DNA from: Dehalococcoidales bacterium
GTDB lineage: Bacteria; Chloroflexota; Dehalococcoidia; Dehalococcoidales; RBG-16-60-22
NCBI GenBank assembly: GCA_002688435.1
Contig: NZCW01000030.1
Span: forward strand, 9,013-73,012
DNA length: 64,000 nucleotides
Direction: 5' to 3'
Shown here: positions 9,866 through 18,004 of the stretch, one piece after another
Numbering within the stretch: position 1 is the stretch's first letter
Layout: the number at the start of each line of letters is the position of its first letter
Position numbers and translations under genes: made by a program
Notes under the pieces: generated by a model
Told to the model about the DNA's origin: nothing
What the model saw: only the letters and a program-made list of their open reading frames with translations
Database searches by the model: none

Positions 9866-10819
9866 ATGATGAGTAAGAGTGATGCCAAGCAGGTAGCAGC
9901 GGCCAGGATTTGTCTCAGATGCGGCACGCGTAGTTCGGCTGGAGTCGAGGTTTGCCAACGCTGTGGCGAGAAGTTGAGGGAAGCCAAAGTAAGCGGTAAA
10001 AAGGAGAAAAAAAGCCTGAGGCTCTGTCTCGATGAAGTGGCGAAAGTCCCAGAACCATCAAGTCAGGACGGCGCAGGTTTTGGCATTAACCGGATTTACT
10101 GCGGCGACTGCCGGGAAATTATGCGGCGGATGCCGGAGGAATCTGTTGACCTTATCGTTACTTCGCCACCCTATAACTTTGGACTGGACGAGTATGACCG
10201 GCATAGCGATACCCGGAGCTGGCCAGAGTATTTCGCCACTCTGGCCCAAGTATGGCGCCAGTCCTACCGGGTGATGAGGCGGGGTGGGCGACTCTGTGTG
10301 GTGGTCCAGCCGTTGTTTTCCGACTATATGCCGACGCACCATATCATCTCGCAGCAGCTTCGAGAGCTGGGCTTCCTCTTTAAGGCAGAGATAATGTGGG
10401 AAAAGCATAACTACAATTGTAAGTATACTGCTTGGGGCAGCTGGAAAAAGCCGAGCATGCCCTATCTGAAGTACACTTGGGAATTCATCGAGGTCTTCTG
10501 CAAGGACGATTATAAAAAGGACGGTCGGGCGGCGGACGTAGACATTACCGCGGAAGAGTTCAAGAAATGGGTTTACGGTAAGTGGGACATCGCCCCGGAA
10601 TCTAAAATGAAGCAGTTCGGGCACCCAGCAATGTTCCCCGAGGAAATTCCCTATCGCCTGATAAAACTGTTCAGCTATGTCGGCGATACCGTGTTCGACC
10701 CCTTTAATGGTGCGGGTACCACTACCTTGGTCGCCTGGAAGCTGCGCCGGAACTATATCGGGGTTGATATTTCAGGGAAATACTGTCGGCAAGCTACCGA
10801 GAGAATTAGAGACAGTTAG
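9866..10819 (+). CDS. Site-specific DNA methyltransferase (beta class, probably N4-C) with N-terminal zinc ribbon
   Basis: Catalytic TSPPY precedes HPAMFP and the SAM motif DPFNGAGTT. N-terminal CLRC...CQRC. Confidence 0.9.
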   Translation: MMSKSDAKQVAAARICLRCGTRSSAGVEVCQRCGEKLREAKVSGKKEKKSLRLCLDEVAKVPEPSSQDGAGFGINRIYCGDCREIMRRMPEESVDLIVTSPPYNFGLDEYDRHSDTRSWPEYFATLAQVWRQSYRVMRRGGRLCVVVQPLFSDYMPTHHIISQQLRELGFLFKAEIMWEKHNYNCKYTAWGSWKKPSMPYLKYTWEFIEVFCKDDYKKDGRAADVDITAEEFKKWVYGKWDIAPESKMKQFGHPAMFPEEIPYRLIKLFSYVGDTVFDPFNGAGTTTLVAWKLRRNYIGVDISGKYCRQATERIRDS

Positions 10820-10837
10820 TACTAGAGGTTTTTAGCG

Positions 10838-12547
10838 ATGCTGATTAGAGTCTTGGATAAGGAAACAGTCTCCCAGATTGCCGCTGGGGAGGTGGTGGAG
10901 CGACCGGCCTCGGTGGTGAAGGAACTAGTGGAGAACGCGCTGGACGCGGGCTCAAGCCAGATTGGAGTTGAGGTGCGGGGCGGTGGGGTAAGCCTCATCG
11001 GAGTAAGCGATAATGGTAGCGGCATTCCTGCCGAGGAGGTTGAGCTGGCCTTCGAGCGTCATGCCACCAGTAAGATCGGTAGCCCGGGGGACCTGCCGGT
11101 AATCCGCAGCCTTGGTTTTCGCGGTGAGGCATTGCCCAGTATTGCCGCGGTGGCCCAGGTGGAGATAGTGACCTGCCCCGTCGGTGAGTCGGTAGGCATC
11201 TATCTCAGTCTAGAAAGCGGTGTCGTGGTAAACCGGAGAGATCAGGGACGTTCCTCAGGGACGACGGTTACGGTGCGTAACTTGTTCCGTCGGGTGCCGG
11301 CCCGGTTGAAATTTTTGAAAGCCACTACCACGGAAAACGGCCATATCGCTAACGTGGTAAGCCAGTATGCCTTGGCTTTTTCCGAGGTTGGCTTCAGCCT
11401 GCTGGTCGATGGACGGAGGGTATTGAAGACCCCGGGCCGTGGCCGACTGTTGGACAGTATTATTGAGGTGTACGGCATTGAGGTGGCTCAGCACATGCTG
11501 GAGATTAAAGGCAGTGAATGGACTGACGAAGCCACCTCCCTCAAAGTGACCGGACTGGCTGGCTCCCCAGCGGTGAGTCGTGCCAGCCGCCACGGCCTCA
11601 GCTTTTTCATCAACCGCCGCTGGGTGAACAGTCGACTTCTAGCCCGGGCGGTAACGGAGGCTTACCACGGACTTTTAATGGCGAAAAAACATCCGATGGC
11701 GGTTATCGCTATCTCGCTGCCTCTCGAGGAGGTGGACGTTAATATTCACCCCACCAAGAGCGAGGTGAAATTCCAGAATGAGCGCCGGGTTTTCGTGGTG
11801 GTACAGAAGATAATTCGAGAGACTCTGATGGCCCAGATGCCGGCGCCTAAAATTGAAGAGGCGGTGGCGACTTATCTCTCGCCCGTCGAGCAGGGACAGC
11901 TCTCATGGGTACCGGCCGCGGTCAGGCGCTACCGCGCCGACGCGCTGCCGGAAATACCTGGGGTGCTGACGGCCTCGCTGGCGGTGATGCGGGTACTAGG
12001 GCAGCTGCTGGGCAGCTATATTGTCGCCGAAGGGCCCGACGGACTTTACCTTATTGACCAGCACGCCGCCCACGAACGGATTGTTTTTGAGCAGGTAAAA
12101 CAGCAGCGGGCGCAGCGACAGGTAGAGATCCAGGGTCTACTGGAGCCGGTAACCTTTGAGGTCAGTCCGAAGCAGGAGACGGTTCTGTCGGCGCACTACA
12201 GGGAGCTGACCGAGTTTGGTTTCGCCGTCGAATCTTTTGGCCGCCGGATCTATCTGATTCGGACGGTGCCGCACTTAATCTCTAACGGGGACTGGCAGGG
12301 CGTGCTGCGGGAGTTGCTCGACTCACTGTCCGGGGACGGTGAAGGCGACCGTGAGGAAAAGATAGCTATCGTTATTGCCTGTCATAGCGGTGCGGTGCGA
12401 GCCGGGCAAGTCCTGACCGGCGACGAGATGCGGGAGCTGGTGCGGCAGCTGGAACAGACCTCCAATCCCCACACTTGTCCCCATGGTCGGCCGACCATGA
12501 TTCATATCAGTAATCTGCAGCTCAGGCGCGAGTTTGGGCGGAGCTAG
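10838..12547 (+). CDS. mutL: DNA mismatch repair protein MutL
   Basis: IAAGEVVERPASVVKELVENALDAG, GFRGEAL, and endonuclease motifs DQHAAHER and CPHGRP. Confidence 0.97.
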   Translation: MLIRVLDKETVSQIAAGEVVERPASVVKELVENALDAGSSQIGVEVRGGGVSLIGVSDNGSGIPAEEVELAFERHATSKIGSPGDLPVIRSLGFRGEALPSIAAVAQVEIVTCPVGESVGIYLSLESGVVVNRRDQGRSSGTTVTVRNLFRRVPARLKFLKATTTENGHIANVVSQYALAFSEVGFSLLVDGRRVLKTPGRGRLLDSIIEVYGIEVAQHMLEIKGSEWTDEATSLKVTGLAGSPAVSRASRHGLSFFINRRWVNSRLLARAVTEAYHGLLMAKKHPMAVIAISLPLEEVDVNIHPTKSEVKFQNERRVFVVVQKIIRETLMAQMPAPKIEEAVATYLSPVEQGQLSWVPAAVRRYRADALPEIPGVLTASLAVMRVLGQLLGSYIVAEGPDGLYLIDQHAAHERIVFEQVKQQRAQRQVEIQGLLEPVTFEVSPKQETVLSAHYRELTEFGFAVESFGRRIYLIRTVPHLISNGDWQGVLRELLDSLSGDGEGDREEKIAIVIACHSGAVRAGQVLTGDEMRELVRQLEQTSNPHTCPHGRPTMIHISNLQLRREFGRS

Positions 12548-12558
12548 TTATTCTCAGG

Positions 12559-13020
12559 TCAGTCCGGTGGGGCTTCTACAGAAGGTCTCTGGAGCAGCTC
12601 CCATCGGACCATGCCGTCCTCAATCAGCTGGCGAATTTTTCTTTCCTGAGGGGTAAGCTGGACGGTCTTACCGGATTTTATCTCCATGATGACGATTTCT
12701 CGAGGGTCGCTCTGGGCCAGGCCGGGGAAAACGATTAGGTCTATAGGACTGCCGATAAACCGGGCTTCGGTGGGGTCGTAGTTAAACTCGGGGAGGTAGG
12801 GGGCCATCTGCTCGGTGAATTTGCCGCCCAGTACGGCGCGGCTCTGGGTAATCGCTTCCTGCCTCTCTTTTCCCTTTTCTTCCGATAACCTCTGCCGTTC
12901 TGTTTCCTGCCACTGTCGGAACCTTCGCTCGAACTTCAGTCGGGTGGTGTAGTAGGCTAGGAAAATCGCCAGAGCGGCTGCTACCGCGGTGATGACAATT
13001 AAGATGGGGACTTCCATCAT
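12559..13020 (-). CDS. Membrane-anchored PD-(D/E)xK endonuclease (Holliday-junction-resolvase-like)
   Basis: N-terminal TM helix, then SRAVLGGKFTEQMAPY...FIGSPIDLIVF...EIKSG. Confidence 0.82.
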   Translation of the reverse strand: MMEVPILIVITAVAAALAIFLAYYTTRLKFERRFRQWQETERQRLSEEKGKERQEAITQSRAVLGGKFTEQMAPYLPEFNYDPTEARFIGSPIDLIVFPGLAQSDPREIVIMEIKSGKTVQLTPQERKIRQLIEDGMVRWELLQRPSVEAPPD

Positions 13021-13100
13021 AGACCTCCAAACCTTTAATTAAGGGTAAACCGGGTGGATATATTGTGAGCGTATCTGGCGTCTGTTCCACCAAGTAATAT

Positions 13101-13168
13101 GGTGACCTCATCCCCTGACTCCTTCTCTTTCCTAATGGGGAGAGGGATAAAGAAGGAGGGGATCGCCT
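13101..13168 (+). repeat. Degenerate intergenic palindromic repeat (GGTRACCTCATCCCC family)
   Basis: Core GGTGACCTCATCC is also seen at 7429-7441 (+) and as GGTAACCTCATCC at 56511-56523 (-). Here it is followed by a CCTTCTC...GGGGAGAGGG...GAAGGAGGGGA pyrimidine/purine palindrome. Confidence 0.6.
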
Positions 13169-13195
13169 TATAAATAACTATTAACCCGGCGGGTG

Positions 13196-13759
13196 CTAAC
13201 TGCCGCCGGGTTTAACTAGCGGGACATTGGTGGTGCACAGAGGACAGTCCTCCGGTGGGTAGGTTAGTGTCTGGGCACGGTGGCAGCGGAAAAGAGGTGC
13301 GCTAAAGTCGATCACCTGCTCGGAGCGGTCAACCAGCACGCCGATGCCGATGATTTGGCCGCCCAGTCCGTTCACCGCCGCTTGGACCTCGCGTACGGAA
13401 CTGCCAGTGGTGAGAATATCGTCAACGATAAGGACTCGCTCCCCAGGGTGGATGTCGAAGCCCCGCCGGAAGGTTCTTTCTTTCCCCTCTTTTTCGGCGA
13501 ATATGCCGCGTACTCCCAGTTGCCGGGCGACTTCAAAGGCGAGGATGATGCCGCCAGTGGTCGGCCCGGCGACCACTTGGACGTCCTGCTTACGGTAGTT
13601 ATCGGTAATCATTCGGCAGAGCTGTTCTGTATAGTTGGGAAATTGCAGGACCTGGAACTTCTCCCAGTAGACGGGAGAATGTCGCCCGGAAGCGAGCTGG
13701 AAATGCCCTTTGAGCAGAGCCCCTGATTCCTGAAAGATATCCTCGATATTATCGGTCAA
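13196..13759 (-). CDS. pyrE: Orotate phosphoribosyltransferase
   Basis: GHFQLASGRHS and PRPP motif VLIVDDILTTGSS. Confidence 0.95.
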   Translation of the reverse strand: MTDNIEDIFQESGALLKGHFQLASGRHSPVYWEKFQVLQFPNYTEQLCRMITDNYRKQDVQVVAGPTTGGIILAFEVARQLGVRGIFAEKEGKERTFRRGFDIHPGERVLIVDDILTTGSSVREVQAAVNGLGGQIIGIGVLVDRSEQVIDFSAPLFRCHRAQTLTYPPEDCPLCTTNVPLVKPGGS

Positions 13760-13790
13760 TGCTACCTCCGTAAACTTTATAGCCGGACGG

Positions 13791-14336
13791 TTAGTTAATT
13801 AGGGCGCTGGCCAGGCTTTCCATTGTCGGGTAGGCGGGAATAAGTCCCCACTTCCCCGGCGGCCAAATGGACAGCCAGGCTTTGCCGACGATGTTCTGAC
13901 GGGGTACGACCCAGCCTTTATGAGAGTCATTGCTGTTGTTCCGGTTATCACCGAGGACGAAGTAGCTGCTCTCCGGGATTTTTTGCTTCTCCACGGTATA
14001 GCGTGGCGGGCTCTTGATGTAGGGTTCCTCCAGCGGGGAGTCGTTAACGTAGACCGTTTCTTTTTTTACCTCTACGGTATCACCGGGCAAGGCAATGAGG
14101 CGCTTGATATAGTCTTTTTGCTCGTTCTGTGGCGGTCTGAAGACAAGCACGTCACCTCTTTCCGGTTCGTGGAGATAGTAAGCTACCTTGCTGACCAGGA
14201 GACGTTGCTCGTCCTGAAAGCTGGGCTCCATGCTGGTACCGTCAATGTAAAAGTTCTGGACGGTGGCCTGCAGCAGGAAGAAAAGGGTAAGGGCCAGAAC
14301 GAAGGTCAATGTCAACTCGCGAAGAAAGGATTTCAT
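13791..14336 (-). CDS. lepB: Signal peptidase I
   Basis: GTSMEP, YIKRLIALPGD and GDNRNNSNDS. Confidence 0.95.
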   Translation of the reverse strand: MKSFLRELTLTFVLALTLFFLLQATVQNFYIDGTSMEPSFQDEQRLLVSKVAYYLHEPERGDVLVFRPPQNEQKDYIKRLIALPGDTVEVKKETVYVNDSPLEEPYIKSPPRYTVEKQKIPESSYFVLGDNRNNSNDSHKGWVVPRQNIVGKAWLSIWPPGKWGLIPAYPTMESLASALIN

Positions 14337-14400
14337 TAACGACTTACTCCAAGTTTAGTCCCGATTATACCTTATTTACGGCTATCGTTGCCAGTTAGTC

Positions 14401-14579
14401 TCACTTCTCCACCTTCCCCTACAGCCTCTTCTCATGGTGGTGAACTCTATGTTGCCTTGGCGGTCGGTGCGGTAGATATTGCCCGGGCGGTATTTTGACC
14501 AGATAACTAGGCTGCCCACGGTGATAATTACCGTTAGGAGAATAATAAGCAGCGTCCAGTATTTCTGGTGCTTGGTTAC
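14401..14579 (-). pseudogene. comEA-comEC deletion-fusion remnant
   Basis: The minus strand reads KYWTLLIILLTVIITVGSLVIWSKYRPG (ComEA-like N-terminal anchor) joined in frame to NIYRTDRQGNIEFTT (ComEC C-terminal YRTD..G.I motif), then a frameshifted RL*.KVEK*. There is no valid start codon after the AGGAG RBS. Confidence 0.72.
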
Positions 14580-14613
14580 GGAAAAGCTCCTGCTTCTGGG
14601 TTACATCCCCGGT

Positions 14614-15276
14614 TTAAGTGCTGGTCAGAGCGGCGCGTAGTTTCTGTTCTGTTTCAAGGCTGGTAAGCGCTACTATCTGGTCGCCTTCGCGGAGGACGGT
14701 ATTGGCGGTAGGGATACGTGGTTTTCGATCTCGGGAAATCACCAGAATTAGTTTGTTGTCCTTCGGTAACGGGAGCTCCCTGACTGATTTGTTTACCGTG
14801 GTGGCGGCGGGAGGAATTCTTACCTTGACAATCTCCAGATCTTGTTCGCTCAGAGTTAGTAGATGTGTTAGCGGATGCGTCGGCACTTCTTTCTCTATGT
14901 ATTCTAGGATGATGTCGGTGGTGCTTACGGTAACATCTATGCCTAGTTTCTTGAAAAGAGCCTCGTTTTGCGGGTTTCTGATGCGAGCAATGGTACAAGG
15001 CACGTTAAATTTGTGCTTGGCTACCTGGCAGGCAACTAAATTATCTTCATCGTCACCGGTTACCGCCACAAACATGTCGGCCCGGCCGGTGCCAACTTCT
15101 TCTAAGGTGGCGGCCTCACAGCCATCACCCTGGAGGCAGATACTGCCCATTTCTTCCTTTATGGTATTGCAGAGGGCGGCGTTTTTTTCGATGATGAGCA
15201 CTTCGTGGTTCTCGTCCAGAAGCGCTTTCGTCAGGTAATAGCCAACCCGGCCGCCGCCAATAATTATGATATACAT
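14614..15276 (-). CDS. trkA: TrkA-family RCK_N/RCK_C potassium-transport regulatory protein
   Basis: IIGGGRVG Rossmann motif, AVTGDDEDNL and a C-terminal TrkA_C domain. Confidence 0.92.
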   Translation of the reverse strand: MYIIIIGGGRVGYYLTKALLDENHEVLIIEKNAALCNTIKEEMGSICLQGDGCEAATLEEVGTGRADMFVAVTGDDEDNLVACQVAKHKFNVPCTIARIRNPQNEALFKKLGIDVTVSTTDIILEYIEKEVPTHPLTHLLTLSEQDLEIVKVRIPPAATTVNKSVRELPLPKDNKLILVISRDRKPRIPTANTVLREGDQIVALTSLETEQKLRAALTST

Positions 15277-15284
15277 CTGGCTCC

Positions 15285-15683
15285 TTATCCTTCTATTTTT
15301 TCTTGGACTAAATGGGCGAAAATGGTCGTTGGGCTGAAGGCTTCCAGCCCGAGGGTATCATATAGCTCCTGGCGCAGTGGGTCATAAATGCGGCATATTA
15401 CCCTAGGTACATTGAAGATGTGCTTGGCAATCTGGGCGGATATGATATTACGGTTGTCCCCTTGGGTCATGGCCACGAAGACATCAGCTTCCTCAATGCT
15501 GGCCCTTTTCAGCGCTTCGGCATCAATACCGTTGCCGAATAACGCCGTGCCGCCGAAAGTGGGCGCTAATCTTCGGAAACTGTAGGCATCGTTGTCCAGA
15601 ATCGTAATCGTGTGCCCACCGGCATCCAGCAGTACAGCCAGCTGAGCACCGACTCGGCCGCAACCCATAATTACCACTTTCAT
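15285..15683 (-). CDS. TrkA-N (RCK_N only) protein
   Basis: IMGCGRVG, AMTQGDNRNI and RIYDPLR. Confidence 0.9.
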   Translation of the reverse strand: MKVVIMGCGRVGAQLAVLLDAGGHTITILDNDAYSFRRLAPTFGGTALFGNGIDAEALKRASIEEADVFVAMTQGDNRNIISAQIAKHIFNVPRVICRIYDPLRQELYDTLGLEAFSPTTIFAHLVQEKIEG

Positions 15684-15704
15684 TAGCTACCTCAACAACA
15701 ATTT

Positions 15705-16121
15705 TTACTGGTGATACAGTATTACCGGGCATAGAGAATTTTGCAGCACGTAAGGCGCCACGCTACCCAAGCTGAACTGGCCAAAGCGTCTCTTGTACTT
15801 GGCGCCCATCAGGATAAGATCAACCTCTCGTTCCACGGCTTCATCGATAATTGCTGGCCCCACCTCGCGGGCCTGAAGTACATCGGTCTCTATCTCACAG
15901 TCCTGTTCTTCGGCTACCATCTCGATGTGGTCCAGTATGGCCTCCGCCGTTTCAATGCCCGATTCTATTTCGGTATCTAGGGGTAGGGCGCGTTTTATGG
16001 TGACGACATAGACTGACCAGATTCTGCCTTTGTCCTTTTTGGCCAATCGGCAGGCCAGTTTCATTGCCTCTTCATCAGCTTCAGTGCCCGATACTGGCAC
16101 CAGAATCTTGCGAAACTCCAT
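15705..16121 (-). CDS. Universal stress protein
   Basis: KILVPVSG, DLILMG and LGSVAPYVLQNSLCPV. Confidence 0.92.
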   Translation of the reverse strand: MEFRKILVPVSGTEADEEAMKLACRLAKKDKGRIWSVYVVTIKRALPLDTEIESGIETAEAILDHIEMVAEEQDCEIETDVLQAREVGPAIIDEAVEREVDLILMGAKYKRRFGQFSLGSVAPYVLQNSLCPVILYHQ

Positions 16122-16341
16122 TACTTTTGGTGTTTACTGTATATTTTGAGGTTAATTATAATTCTCCCGTGGAAAAACTACAATACCTTTTAGCAATAAG
16201 TTGGTATAAATTTTTCCTAATTCTATCAGGTTTCTCCTGATTATGGCGGACCGGTCAGTGACAGGCGCTCTCGGCGCCGATTGAGGTAATGGGCAGTCAG
16301 GCCGATAACCATCCAGGTGATTCTTACTTATCGCTACCTCT

Positions 16342-16923
16342 TTAATGGTCTGAGGGCTTTTCTTTGAGCTCTCTTATCCGGGTACTTGTAATTTGTACTG
16401 TAGTGTCTCTGAGCACCTCTAGCTCGTCAATTGATAAGTTATCTAATTGCTCTAGATTATATTGGAGGGCGCCTATAATCTCCCGGGAAGGGCGCCGTCT
16501 AGGGAGCATGAAGTAAGCATATATAGTAGCGATGATGACACCAAAAAAAGCAATCGTGCTAAAAATTGACCAGATTGAACCGATTATCATCCCGGGAGTA
16601 GTAACTGGCCCTGGACTATTAGCGCCTTGCGTTTGCATAGCGGTGAAGGTCCACCACAGCGCGTAGCCATAGGAATTGATCTGTTCATTTGCTCCCCGCT
16701 CGACGAGGTAAACACCCCAAGATGAGAGTAGCCAAAGCCCGATAAGAGTAAGGCTCAATGGTATCAAAGGCGTTTCGTTGGTAATCTGCCTGAGGAATCG
16801 GAAAATTCCCGGAATATCTGGAGTGAAACGGAGTCTCCGGCGCGGCTTCCGCCTACGAACGCGGAGCACCTTGTTCCCTCTCATTAGCGGTGTTACTTGT
16901 TCGGGTATTTTTTTGTCTTCCAT
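16342..16923 (-). CDS. Two-TM potassium-channel-like protein with atypical pore motif
   Basis: TM1, then YLVERGANEQINSYGYALWW (pore helix), TAMQTQGANSPGPVTTPG and TM2: KcsA-like architecture. Confidence 0.75.
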   Translation of the reverse strand: MEDKKIPEQVTPLMRGNKVLRVRRRKPRRRLRFTPDIPGIFRFLRQITNETPLIPLSLTLIGLWLLSSWGVYLVERGANEQINSYGYALWWTFTAMQTQGANSPGPVTTPGMIIGSIWSIFSTIAFFGVIIATIYAYFMLPRRRPSREIIGALQYNLEQLDNLSIDELEVLRDTTVQITSTRIRELKEKPSDH

Positions 16924-17078
16924 CTTTGATAACTCCCTTTTCCTACTTTGACTTTATTGATTGAGATGAGCTATTTTATGAACCTTTTCGTTAACTGTCA
17001 ACTTTCTATTCAATTAACTTGGCAATTGGTAAATAAATTATTATAATTATTGCTAAATGTCGCCAGACAGGTGAGGCA

Positions 17079-17272
17079 ATGATAATCAAGATCAGGATTT
17101 TTGAGCTATGCAACGGGGACTACCGCAACTTGTCTGAATTAGTCCGGGCAATGGGATTGTCCGTGAGCTAGGTCAACCGTGTGCGCGAGGGTAAGCGCAG
17201 TGTTAACCGGAATTCATCATCGAGGTAATGTGGGCTTTTCTCGACCGTAAGCTGGGCGAGCTTTTTACCTGG
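17079..17272 (+). pseudogene. XRE-like HTH regulator pseudogene
   Basis: MIIKIRIFELCNGDYRNLSELVRAMGLSVS*VNRVREGKRSVNR. Internal TAG, then a frameshift to FIIEVMWAF...LGELF. RBS GAGG. Confidence 0.7.
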
Positions 17273-17404
17273 AAATGAAGTCAAAATTCAGTAAAATGGC
17301 AGAGACATTTGTCACCAAGTGCTAACCTGATATCATCAACCCGACGCCGATTTAGATTCGGCTGGTGTCGAGAGAGGGGTCATTAGGATAAGGGGAAGCC
17401 GTGT

Positions 17405-17914
17405 TTACAGCGGAGCTTCCTCCAGCTCAATTCTGCGCAGGTTATTTGTACCTTCTAGGTGGTCGAGGTAAAGTGTCCCGTTCAGGTGGTCTATTTCATG
17501 CTCCAGGGCTTGTGCCAGCAGTCCGCCGGTCTTGATCCGTATTTCCTTCCCGTTCTGGTCGCGTCCTTTAGCGGTAACCGATTCGGCGCGTTTGATCTCT
17601 CCGCGATAACCAGGAACGCTGAGGCAACCTTCGTCCACCGGGCGTTTCCCGAATCTCTTCACTATCTCGGGGTTGATGATAACTATATCGCCCCCTTTTT
17701 CTTCATCGTTTTCCTCTGATGGCAGGCTAATGATAATTACCCGTTGCGAGATGCCTATCTGAGGTGCGGCCAAACCCACCCGTCCAGGTACCGCGTGTAG
17801 CGTCTCAAGCATATCGCTTATCAACTTCTTAATTGAGTCGTCGACGATTCTGACCCGCTTTGCTTTCCGCATCAGTATCGGGTCAGGAATGGTTCGGATT
17901 GGTAAGACAGTCAT
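17405..17914 (-). CDS. def: Peptide deformylase
   Basis: VGLAAPQIG, EGCLS and HEIDHLNG. Start placed at MTVLPIR. Confidence 0.95.
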   Translation of the reverse strand: MTVLPIRTIPDPILMRKAKRVRIVDDSIKKLISDMLETLHAVPGRVGLAAPQIGISQRVIIISLPSEENDEEKGGDIVIINPEIVKRFGKRPVDEGCLSVPGYRGEIKRAESVTAKGRDQNGKEIRIKTGGLLAQALEHEIDHLNGTLYLDHLEGTNNLRRIELEEAPL

Positions 17915-18004
17915 CAAAACACCAGAAATAATAAAATTAATATAGTATATACCAATGTAGCTACATAATATAACTGTAGGCGACAAACTGCTGCCTACAG
18001 TTTA

